64,000 bases of DNA from Vicugna vicugna (lineage: Eukaryota). The position numbers were made by a program, and so were the translations under genes. Below, in pieces: positions 53,890 through 64,000 of this stretch (position 1 is its first letter; each line of letters starts with the position of its first letter). The notes below the pieces were generated by a model that saw only the letters and a list, made by a program, of their open reading frames with translations, searched no databases and was not told where the DNA came from. The stretch spans positions 682,001-746,000 of the forward strand of contig MU057801.1 in the NCBI GenBank assembly GCA_013265495.1, in the 5' to 3' direction.

Positions 53890-54990
53890 CTGAGATAACA
53901 GAAAAGATCCGTACTGGTCTCTGCCCCTGGTTCCTGGCACAGAGCTCCTAAAACTCTTGTAAATTTTTTTTAATGTTATTTTTTATTGAAGTGTAGTTGA
54001 TTTACAACGTTAGTTTCAGGTGTACAGCAAAGCGATTCAGTTATACATATACACACATATATGTATTTTTCAGATTCCTTTCCATTATAGCTTATTACAA
54101 GAAACTGAAATTTAAAAAAAAAAAACTGAACATAGCTCCCTGTGCTCTACAGTAGGTCCCTGTTGTTTACCTATTTTATACATAGTAGTACATATCTGTT
54201 AATCCCAAACTCCTAATTTATCCCTCCCCTACCCCTTTCCTGGAAACCTCTGGAGACCAGTTTGTTTTCTATGTCCGAGCATCCACTTCTGCAGACCCTT
54301 GCAGGTTCTACGTGATAAGAGCACCAGGCTCCCTGAAGGGTGCCCGGATGGGGACCGGTCACCAGAAGGACAGAGCCAGAATGGAAATCTGGAATCTGCA
54401 GCTTCTGCCCGCCCCACCCCAAGGCACCAGAGCAGGGGAGGGGCAGGAAGCGGGGTTAACTTCTGATCCTGCCCCCGCAAGGACGTGCCCTAAAAATCCC
54501 AACAGCCCGGGTCTCAGGGAGCTTCCAGGCTGAACACAGCCCCAGACCAGGAGGGTGACGCACCCGGGCCACAGGGACGGGAGACCCTGCGCTCAGGCCC
54601 TCCTGGGCCTCGCCTCATGTGTCTCCATCAGCTATTCGCCCTGTCCTTTATCACACCCTTTACAAACAGGGCCTCCCTGAGCTCTGTGAGCCACTCTAGG
54701 AAACTAACTGAACCCAACGAGGGAACAGGGACCCTCTGATTTGTAGCCACGTTGGACAGAAGTTGTGGGGAACCTGGGGACATAATCCCCGCGACTGGCC
54801 TCTGAATGGGGTGGGAGCAGCCAGACAGGACCGGGTCTTGTCCCGTGACAACTGAGGCTCCTCCAGGAAGGATGCGTCAGAACTGAGTTACACTGCAAGA
54901 CACTCAGCTGGGGCCACGGGGAATTACTGGCGGGAGAGAATTCCCACACACTTGGTGAGCAGACGCGTTTTAAGGGCGGTGTTCTGTGTG
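53890..54990 (+). mobile_element. MER21-like LTR interrupted by an L1 insertion
   Basis: tgagata...tggtctctgcccctggttcctggcacagagctcctaaaactcttg resumes after the L1 as gtgataagagcaccagg; later gcctccctgagctctgtgagccactctag. Confidence 0.7.
53964..54292 (-). mobile_element. Truncated L1 3' end nested in the LTR
   Basis: Poly(T), then ttttattgaagtgtagttgatttacaac...tagctccctgtgctctacagtagg...tttgttttctatgtc. Confidence 0.85.
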
Positions 54991-55044
54991 AATAATATGA
55001 AATAAGGGACAGTAAAGGAGACAGACAGATGGAGACCTGGATAG

Positions 55045-55047
<3 letters not shown>

Positions 55048-55075
<28 letters not shown>

Positions 55076-55191
55076 TATGACACACATATAGTAACTCACA
55101 CACACACACAGACACAGATACAGTATCACACACACAGAGTCTCACACACACACACATAGTAACTCACACACACACACACACACACACACAG
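55048..55191. repeat. Compound (CA)n microsatellite with tagtaact interruptions
   Basis: Directly visible. Confidence 0.95.
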
Positions 55192-55374
55192 TACGTACGC
55201 CTGGTCTTTGCTAAGTGACCTGGCACATATTCTCTGCTTAGTGAAATATCACATCAAATTATCTCAAAGAAAAAGTAGAAACATAAAAGATGGATGAACA
55301 GGAAGAAAAGAGGCAACGTGTTTTCTCTCCTGTTGAGAACACGGCCACTGAATCATCTCTGATTTTGCTCATAC

Positions 55375-55490
55375 CTGGATAACCATATATTTCAACAGTA
55401 TTTGAAGAAAAAAGCATGTTTGGTCCTCAGCAACCTTTTCCCCTGATACGGCTGGCAGGAGTGGAGTGATTTCTTCTGGATATATCTTTG
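55375..55490 (-). CDS. RALGAPA2: RALGAPA2 coding exon (~exon 7), 116 nt: (A)[38 protein letters not shown]
   Basis: Within ORF 55369..55575; ctgcag acceptor, CAG|gtatga donor. Confidence 0.96.
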
Positions 55491-56271
55491 CTGCAGAGTG
55501 AGAAATAATGAAAGCTCTTTCAGCAAAGTTGAATTTTAAACAGGGCTTTAAAAAATGGCCTCTATCAAAATACATGTATCCACGCCCTGCTCACCCTGCA
55601 GGCCGAGCCGGTGCCCACGGAGGGCGTGGCCGGGACACGTGGGACGGGTCCCCATGAAGCACCTGCTCACTGGACCACCCTTCTCCCTTCCACCCTCCGC
55701 TCTGGCCCGCCCAAGATCAAACAGCTGACATTGGGCAACAAGGTGAGCTGCAGTAATGAACCAATGGCCCTAACAGGCAAGTTCCTTGAAAACTCACAGG
55801 GCACAGATGACTGCCATTAATAGTCCCATGAGGCCACTGCTGTCCTCCCACAGAGGCCGCATGAAAACACACAGCTGGCCAAAGAGCACTGGGTGAGAGC
55901 TGAGCGTCCACGGAGAAACCCGCAGCGTCGAGGACAAGCAGCGCTCGGGGTGCAGACCTCGTCTCATTAACAGCAACAGGAACGCCCCAGATGGACCCTG
56001 GGTCTCTGCTCTTGCCAACGCTCATCCCCTCCCTGCCGCCCTGTCCCCACCCCTCTCTAAACCTCTCCTGGCACGTGTCACACAGAACAGACCCTAATCC
56101 TGGCAATTCTAACATGTGCAGGGATCCCCTGTGAGCGCCAACAGGGGTAGGCCCTCTTCAGGGCCCACTGATGAAGTCACGGTTTCTGTTCAGGACAAGG
56201 ACAGACCAGGGGATCCCTCCACGTAGCTTCAAGGGGACTCTGCACCTGGAGGGTCGGCAGGCGTCACTCAC

Positions 56272-56449
56272 CGTCAGCTGCACTGGGGCTGGGGTTGATC
56301 AGGGTCTCCAGTGTACACGGCCCCCAGGACGACACTACGGCTGGGAACCCCGGCACCAGGCAGGCAAAAATCAGCACCTGCTCCTCCGCACAGTTCGTCT
56401 GAAGTGCTTGGAGCCACAGAAGAAACAGCCGGATCCCTTCACATCTTAT
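56272..56449 (-). CDS. RALGAPA2: RALGAPA2 coding exon (~exon 6), 178 nt: [59 protein letters not shown]
   Basis: Manual translation (not in ORF track); ttgtag acceptor, G|gtgagt donor. Confidence 0.96.
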
Positions 56450-58583
56450 CTACAACAAAATGAAAGGCCACGAAATGAGACATGCGCACGTCTTTGTGGA
56501 AGTGCGGCGCGACGTGGCACTGGTTCTGAGGGGAGAAGTGCAGTTAGAGGCGTTACTCAAGTCCTGCACCAAGTTCCTCCCTTAGTGACCAGGAAGCAAG
56601 GAGCTGTGCGCCGTGGAGGGAGGACCGCGTGACTTCACTGTAAACTCGGGGCGACGGCAGAGTTCACCACAAAGCACCGGAGTGGGATTCAGTGAGTCTG
56701 AACTGGCCGGCTCACAGTAAGTGCTGTGAGAATATCTCCCGTGAGCTGTATTTCACCCCTTCGGGTGATGGCCCATAGCATCAACCCTCGATTACCCTTG
56801 AAAACAACGCAAAGATCATCTTCCCCGAAATCTACACTGCGCTTTGGAAAGGCTTTTTGTCGTCTCATGACATTGTGCATATATATATGACGGTCCTGAA
56901 AATCAGAACACCTGGCGCTGAACAGGACCCTGAAGACCTGGCTCCGTGGGACAGGGCAGCCCGGCTTCCCTGCCAGTCCCTACGGCCCTCTCCCGCGCCT
57001 GTGCCCGCCTCCCAGTCGTCAGCATCCCGGAAAGAAAACCCCAATGTGGGCAGAAGTGCCCTTTTCCTCCTCGGCACTTACTTTCAATGTCATCCCATCC
57101 CTGGAATTTCTAAACAGAGGTACCTCCGTTTTTACATTCCTAAACGGCTAAAAAGAAAAGGTCAATAAAAGAAGTCCAATAAGCCAAAGAGATGAGAGGA
57201 ATGTCAGCTGAAGGGCGTCCTGAGCTCCGGATGCCGGCGGACCGAGGGGCCGCCTGATCTCCGATTCGTCCAGAGCCCGGGCCCAAGCCAAATCCGAGGC
57301 TCTGCAGGAAAGGTAAGAGGAGGAGAGACTGGGAGGGAGGGAGAAAAAGCCTGGTTGACTTCTCACTGAAGTCAAACCCACCGAGACAGACACCCATGTC
57401 ATGACAGTGCTGCCCCGCCACCCGTGGACCCGCGGTGCCCTCCCAGACATGCCCGTGGGCCCGGCACTGCCCCGGGTGCCTGCTGCACTTGTCCTCCTGT
57501 CCCCAGTAGGTGAGGTGGGTGGTGACATTGCTGAGGACGCAATGCTATTCAGCGCCAGACACAAAAAGGCAGAGCTCCATGAATGTCTAACCAAATTAGA
57601 GTAAATTTAACAAGACAGAAGTTTTCACAACATTCTACCACAAGTCTCCAATTTTTTGTTAACTGCATTTAAGATAATTAAATACAATAAAGCCAATAAT
57701 AAATGGAAGCTAACAACCTGATAAGTTTTAGCTAGAAGACCATTCATTGAACAGGAGGGACACAATACAGAAAAACTATCATGAAGCCAGGGACAGCTCA
57801 CCTCGTATTTTTCAACAGCTAAGAGATAGTGAACCTATCAAGGTGAGTGGCTAGGATTGTTTAAACTCGTCTAAAACCAAAAATGGATTAGCTTATTGAA
57901 AGCACACACACCAGTCAAATAGCTACAAGTGAATTATCTCCCACAATACATACGTCCCAGGCTGGCTTCTCTTGTCACTTACATTTTAGGGCTATTGTAT
58001 CTTAGAGCCCAGTGGTCTCTTGCCATTATAAAAGACACATTAAAATAAGCTAATTTCAACCTAAATTACAAGATCTGCTGCAAATAAATCTTTAAGAGTA
58101 AGGCTCTGCTGCTCTCCCCGGCCCCAACCCAATCAAAGCTCAAAAATAGCAAAAATAATTCAGAGACAACTATAATCTTAACACCAAGATCACTGGGATG
58201 AACAGAATCAGGCACATTAACTCTGAAGCTTAGGAAGAAACTGGTTCAACCCCTTCTCTTTTCTCACGATAAAACTGGGGCAGTTAGCAGCTTGGCCGTG
58301 GTTCCCTGGCCGCACCCCGCAGAATCAAAATGAGAACTCAGACTCCAAACTCCAAATCCCAAGCCACTTTCTCCTAATAATACTTCAGGTGTCTACCACA
58401 ATAAATCATGACTGAAGAACAAAAACTCTAACAATACTTCGCATATAATTTCTCAACTAAAAATAAAAACTAATTAAATGGCTTCTAAAGATTTTTTTTC
58501 AAAATGGTCTAATTTTGTCACTTTATGGCATAAATAAGTTTAAGAGTAATGAAAAATGCCACACTTTCATCTAAAATAAATAC

Positions 58584-58627
58584 CTTAATAGAATTTCCAG
58601 TGTGTAGAAGCTTCTTTAAAGTTGAGC
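58584..58627 (-). CDS. RALGAPA2: RALGAPA2 coding exon (~exon 5), 44 nt: (G)STLKKLLHTGNSIK
   Basis: Translation matches the RalGAP alpha N-terminal sequence; tttcag acceptor and AAG|gta donor; phase 1 to 0 fits the next exon. Confidence 0.93.
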
Positions 58628-59301
58628 CTGAAAGTTTAAAATAATGAATTAGAAATGGAGCATATGAATGCATATTTAAGATCTACTTTTTAAATACTGG
58701 TTTTAGGAAGAAAAACTTATTTATGACAAAAGATATCATTTTTCAAAAATAAAAAGAAGAAGGCTGACCTTCAGAAGCAAAGCAATGTCACAGGAGAGAT
58801 GTTTTTAAAAAAACTATTTTAAGGATGAACCTCTTCAAAATTCTTTTAAAAGAGTCAAAATGACTGACATTTAAGGTAACCCAAATGCCCTCGGTGGGAT
58901 ACGTGCAAATGTCTCTGTCAGCGTAAAATGAGTAATTTTTTAAAATCTCTAAAGGAAAAAATAGTATAAAATTACTGCTCACAAACACTTTTATAGGAAC
59001 ATTTTACAAGTATTCAGGACAGCATGTTTCTCTCCCTGCGAGGACAACCACATTTATGGGTTCGGTCCATCAATAAATCACCCAGCGGAGGACTCTGGTC
59101 ACTGCCAAGGAGGGGAAGCAAGATGTACACGGAGCTACATGGCCAGCTGCAGCCGTGGTGCTCAGCCGCTGTGATGAGAAGGCCTCTCTCACGAAGACAC
59201 AAACATGTTACCCGTTACTCTGCAGGTGTGTTCACACCTTTGCACGGGCATGGCGTGGCAACCACACTGAAACACCATGTGCAGCATCTAAATGAGATCT
59301 T

Positions 59302-59790
59302 TTTGATGGGTACATGTATATTTTTTATTGATGTATAGTCAGTTCACAATGTTGTGTCAGTTTCTGGTGTACAGTAACATGTTACAGTCACCTGTGAACA
59401 TACATATATTGTTTTCATAGTCTGTTTCATTATAAGTTACGACAAGATGTTGAATATAGTTCCCTGTGCTCTACAATATAAACTTGCTGTTTATCTATTT
59501 TACATACAGTAGTTAGTATCTGCAAATCTATCAATTTATCTATCAATTTATCCCTCTACCCCCTTTCCTCCCTGGTAACCACAAGTTTGTTTTCTATGTC
59601 TGTGAGTCTGTTTCTGTTTTGTAAATAAGTTAATTTGCCTCATGTTTTTAGATTCCACATGAGTGATACCATGTGGTATTTTTCTTTCTCTGCTGACTTA
59701 CTTCACTTACTATGATAATCTCGAAGTCCGTCCATGTTGCTCAAATGGCATTATTTTATTTTTTCATGGCTGAATAGTATTCCATTGCAT
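59302..59790 (-). mobile_element. 5'-truncated L1 with 16-bp target-site duplication
   Basis: atctaaatgagatctt at 59286-59301 and 59791-59806; L1 3' sequence between. Confidence 0.92.
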
Positions 59791-61059
59791 ATCTAAATGA
59801 GATCTTAACCTCAAAAAGGAAGTAACCTTTCAAAATAAAAATATATTGGAATATATATATTTTAGAAATATATATTTTAATATATATTGAAATATATATT
59901 AAATGAGAGAAACTTTTTTCCCAATTTTTAGGGGAGAAAAGTATTTAGATTTCCTGATGAAAAGTTCTGTGCAATATTTTAGAGTTGGATATCAAGTCAC
60001 ATGTACTCCATCAAAGTACTTCAAAGAGATGCACCAGGAACTGGGGCAGGTCCACGAGGACAGGCACACATGTGTCAGTGAAACGTAGGCACTTCAGGAA
60101 TGCATTCGCTGGAATGAGACCGCCAGCTGAGGGACCTTTTACAACGGCAGTGCTGTCTATGACACCTCTCCCTGACCCAGGGGAAACTCACCACTGTCAC
60201 GACTGGGTTACGGCACTCAATGACTATCGGCCTGTGATTAACTAAGGACGTTAAAGTGCCGTCCTCTCTCCACTTTTGCCGTCACCATGTCCAGCGATTT
60301 TTGGTCTAGAGTCAGCATGGACTAACTAGCCTGGGCTCTCTCACAGCTAAGGTTCAAGTGCCCGGGTCACAGCAGTCATGGGACTACTTAGCTCACACTT
60401 TCCTCCACCGAGGGCCTTGTCCCTTGCCTCTGCGTCCATCTGTTCTTGGACAAAGTCCATTCTGCCCCAGTGCAATGTTTGCTCCCTTATGTCTAGGAGG
60501 GCGTCATGATACAGGGCAGGGCCAACAGACGCCTCACCTCCCAGAGACTCGGGATAAAGTCTACACAGACAGCACTCCTCCCAGGCATCGGCCAAATCCA
60601 TCACCCTGCAATGCAGTCTCGGAAATGCCTTCTCCTGCTCATTGTGCGTGACCGTCAGAGATGCTCAGGCCTTCCCCTGCTTGAAATAGGCCCAGCATTT
60701 TCATTTTTAACTTGTAGCCTACCCACAGTTGCCTTTATCCACTCTTCCCTACACAGGGACATGAGCAGAAGATCAGAGGACACGGTAGCTACCAGGAGGG
60801 ACCAGGCAGCAAAGTCAAGGGAGAGAGGTTTCTGCACAGCAGGTGGTGGATGAGGTCCGGAATTGGCCTTGAAGGAGAAAAAGACCATGATCTCACCTCC
60901 ATCCTGAAGGAGACAGAGGAGAATCAGTGAAAACCCAGGTTTCAGTAGCCAAGGAGGTAAAAGCCAGAGGCTGAGGTTGTAGGGCTGTTGCCTAACCCAA
61001 GAAGAGGGCTCCGTGAGGGCAGAGCACAAAGTGGGAAGGAGGGGAAGAAAGAGCAGGGA

Positions 61060-61800
61060 TGGTGGGGGCGCTGGGGAGAGGACCCGGAAGGTGGCAAGGG
61101 CATGGGGGTAGGATCTATGAGGTGGTGAGGGCATTGGAGGAGGACCCAGGAGGTGGTGGGGCACCAGAGAGAGGACCTGGGAGGCGGTGAGGGCACTGGA
61201 GGAGGACCCGGGAGGTGGTGAGGGTGCAGGGGAGAGGACCCAGGAGGTGGCGAGGGCATCGCAGGGAGGACCCGGGAGGTGGTGAGGGCGCAGGGGAGAG
61301 GACCTGGGAGGTGGCGAGGGCATCGGAGGGAGGACCTGGGAGGTGGCAAGGGCATCAGAGAGAGAACCTGGGAGGTGGCGAGGGCATCGGAGGGAGGACC
61401 TGGGAGGTGGCAAGGGCATCAGAGAGAGAACCTGGGAGGTGGCGAGGGTACTGGGGGGAGGAACTGGGAGGTGGCGAGGGCACAGGGGAGAGGACCTGGG
61501 AGGTGGTGAGGGCATCTGAGGGAGGATTCAGGAGGTGGCGAGGGTGCAGGGGAGAGGACCCAGCAGATGGCAAGGGCATCAGAGGGAGGACCTGGGAGGT
61601 GGCGAGGGTGCAGGGGAGAGGACTCAGGAAGTGGTGAGGGTGCAGGGGAGTGGACCCAGGAGGTGGTGAGGGCATCGGAGGGAGGACCCAGGAGGTAGCG
61701 AGGGCGCAGGGGAGAGGACCCAGGAGGTGGTAGGGTACCGGGGGAGGGAACTGGGAGGTGGTGAGGGTACCGGGGAGAGGACCTGGGAGATAGGGCATCA
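61060..61800. repeat. G-rich minisatellite, 32-bp unit (e.g. GAGGTGGCGAGGGCATCGGAGGGAGGACCTGG), roughly 23 degenerate copies
   Basis: gaggt recurs at 32-nt spacing (61308, 61340, ...); explains the Pro-rich ORFs on the minus strand. Confidence 0.95.
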
Positions 61801-62999
61801 CAGAGGAAACCTTCTTAAAGTGGACCCATGTATAATTAAATCCTGTACTGATGACTCATGGGCATATTAAGAGGTGCTACCACCTGCCCTTGCACCAAAT
61901 ATCCCCGGTTTGCCGATGTGCCACTCTTTGTCATCTTCTCACTTCCTGTCAGTTCTCGGTACTGCTCACAGATAAGGCTTCAAGCAGCCACGTTTATCCA
62001 CCATGATTTACTGGCCTAAAAGTGACTTCAGGAAAAATTTAAAAAACAATTTTTCCATTTGTAATAAGGAATGGAAATTTGCAAACAGTTGAGAAGCAGG
62101 TCAACACACACATCACAGAGTTCGCAAGTGCTGGGTCAGCCACTTCCCGAATCTCCTTACCCTCCAAACATCCTTAAAGCAGTATCTCGAGATGCTTGGA
62201 ATAATGATCCAGTGCTCACTTCACATTGCAAAACTCAGAGTTCAAATATGTTTCCTCCTTCGATGATGCACAGCAAGGACCCAGCCTGAAAAACCTTACA
62301 GACTATTTTTTCCCTCTAAAAACAGTCTTAAGAGAAATAGAATGTCTCTCTCTAAACAGACAAAACCAGGTGACAGGATAAGAAACAGACTTCAAACGCT
62401 GCGGCAGTTAATACTTCGAATTATTTCCTTCCTTCTCAGGGTAAAATGTGCCTAACGGGTGGGTCTGAGGGCTTCTAAGACTCAGAATACAGGAGTGGCT
62501 CTTACTTCAGATTCCTCTGCTCAGTAATAAGCATTTGCACTGTGGGACAGGAAGTAGCCTGCATCAGTGGTGTGAAAACCAAACTTGAAGGTGCTAACCT
62601 AGTATTTCAGGGTTCCTTGGCCCCAGCCAGCCCCAATTAGCACTGAATTAAGAAGTCTACCCAGCAGCATTCTCCCTGTTAGGTGAGGACTGCTAGACAT
62701 CCAGGGTGCAGATAGCCAGGAGTAAGGAAGCTGAGGTGCCCAGACTTCCCAGTGCTGTGAAAAGCCTCCTGCCCTCGCCTCGGAGACTTTGCGGAAGTCA
62801 AGATGCCAGTGCTAAGGAGATACCGAAGGCACGTTCCTTCCCTTCGAAACCTGGTGTTTCCCCATGGTTTCTTCCTTTCTATAACTAACTTGGTCAAGAC
62901 CTTGAGTGACAGAGAGTAACAGTTTTAACAGATGCAAACAAACTGGAAAGAATGCAAGAGGTACAGTGGGGGATGTTAAAAAAAAAAAGTGTAGAATTA

Positions 63000-63372
63000 C
63001 AAGTCCACAATCCCCTACTGCAAACTCAAAATCCAAAAACCTATGAATACGGAACCTCTTCTGTGCAATTCTTTAGCGGACAGGACCTGACCTGAGCTGA
63101 ACTCCTGTGGTGGCAACACCGGACTAACTGACTAAGGCCTTTGTGGGCCAAGTTCTCCCACTGAGGACGCCTGCTTACATCTTAGGCTACGGAAAGGACA
63201 ACACTCCAGGTTCCAGGTACTGCCCAGACCCCTGGAGGGTTACGTACAGACGTTAATGCTGTGTTCATGTTCGTTATACACCAATGCGCCTCACTACCAC
63301 TCTAAAATCTGAAAAGCTCTGATTCCAATGCGCATCTAGCCTGAAGATCACGATAAAAGAGACGTGGACCTG
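63000..63372. mobile_element. MER46C/Tigger-like TcMar DNA transposon remnant
   Basis: Imperfect terminal inverted repeats caagtccacaatccc ... gagacgtggacctg, with TA on the left. Confidence 0.65.
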
Positions 63373-64000
63373 TCTAAACACCACTTTCTACCCACTTTGA
63401 TAAATTGTGCAAAACTCTATCTGAAAAGATCCTGTGTGATTCAGGCATGAAGTACACAAGAGTCAATAATAAGGATGATTTTGTATGTAAAGGCTCCTAC
63501 GTGAGTGTCCTGACACAGGACTCATCCTGACCGAGTTACAGAGCTGACTTCGTCTACACAGCAGAGCAACAGAAAACCAACACCCACCCTCTCTGTGGCT
63601 CAGAAGACCCAGTGCTCCGCAGCCCTGAGCTCAAAGTCACCGTTCTCAGAAAGTTACTCTTAAACTGGGTGCAAAAGCTACTTGTACCAGCAATTTTATC
63701 CCACCCCCGAGGACCTGGACAGAGTTTAGGTAATACTATGCACTACCCACTAGATCTGTGAAGTTCCCACAACACAAAATGGCAAATTAATTTCCACACG
63801 TAGCTCTAATAAGTTTATTCACACTGAGCAGGGCCTACGAGTCTTCAGACTTTTTGAAGTACCATCTGAAGAAACTGAGGATGGCTTTCCTCCAGACAAC
63901 ATAAATAAAAGGGAGGGATTCTAACTGACACAGACAAACACCGCGTGCAGTCACTCTGCATTGTCCTGCATTGCTGCTACACCAGGGAACATCGCAAACT

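Noticed and set aside
60347..60620. Minus-strand ORF with DLADAW and GPALYH, faintly like ERV-L reverse transcriptase motifs
   Set aside because: Motif spacing is wrong and there is no YxDD motif; probably chance
60655..61801. Long Pro/Ser-rich ORFs (286 aa and others)
   Set aside because: Translations of the 32-bp minisatellite; no splice or homology support
58628..64000. Upstream RALGAPA2 exon (KILQFLPERIFFRWHYQSI)
   Set aside because: Looked for by eye and not found; probably lies beyond the window end
1..64000. CRISPR arrays, operons or other prokaryotic systems
   Set aside because: The sequence is spliced mammalian gene DNA; the repeats lack unique spacers

Overview
Mammalian genomic DNA, most likely a camelid: it carries tRNA-Ala-derived SINEs beginning GGGGAGGGTATAGCTCA and camelid-type L1 3' ends. 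The whole 64 kb lies inside RALGAPA2 (Ral GTPase-activating protein catalytic subunit alpha-2, AS250) on the minus strand. I mapped 16 phase-consistent GT-AG coding exons totalling 2382 nt. They correspond roughly to human exons 5-20; that numbering comes from memory of the human gene. There is also a 141-nt in-frame cassette exon. Almost all ORFs in the supplied track are spurious or repeat-derived. The most notable non-routine features are: a full-length U6 snRNA/L1 chimeric retrocopy; a 204-bp tandem duplication that copies an exon's 3' splice site; a near-identical 1.18-kb intronic tandem duplication; a candidate poison exon; a 32-bp G-rich minisatellite; and signs of GC-biased substitution. 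I found no convincing evidence of a wholly new biological system. Repeat boundaries and family names are approximate, by-eye calls.
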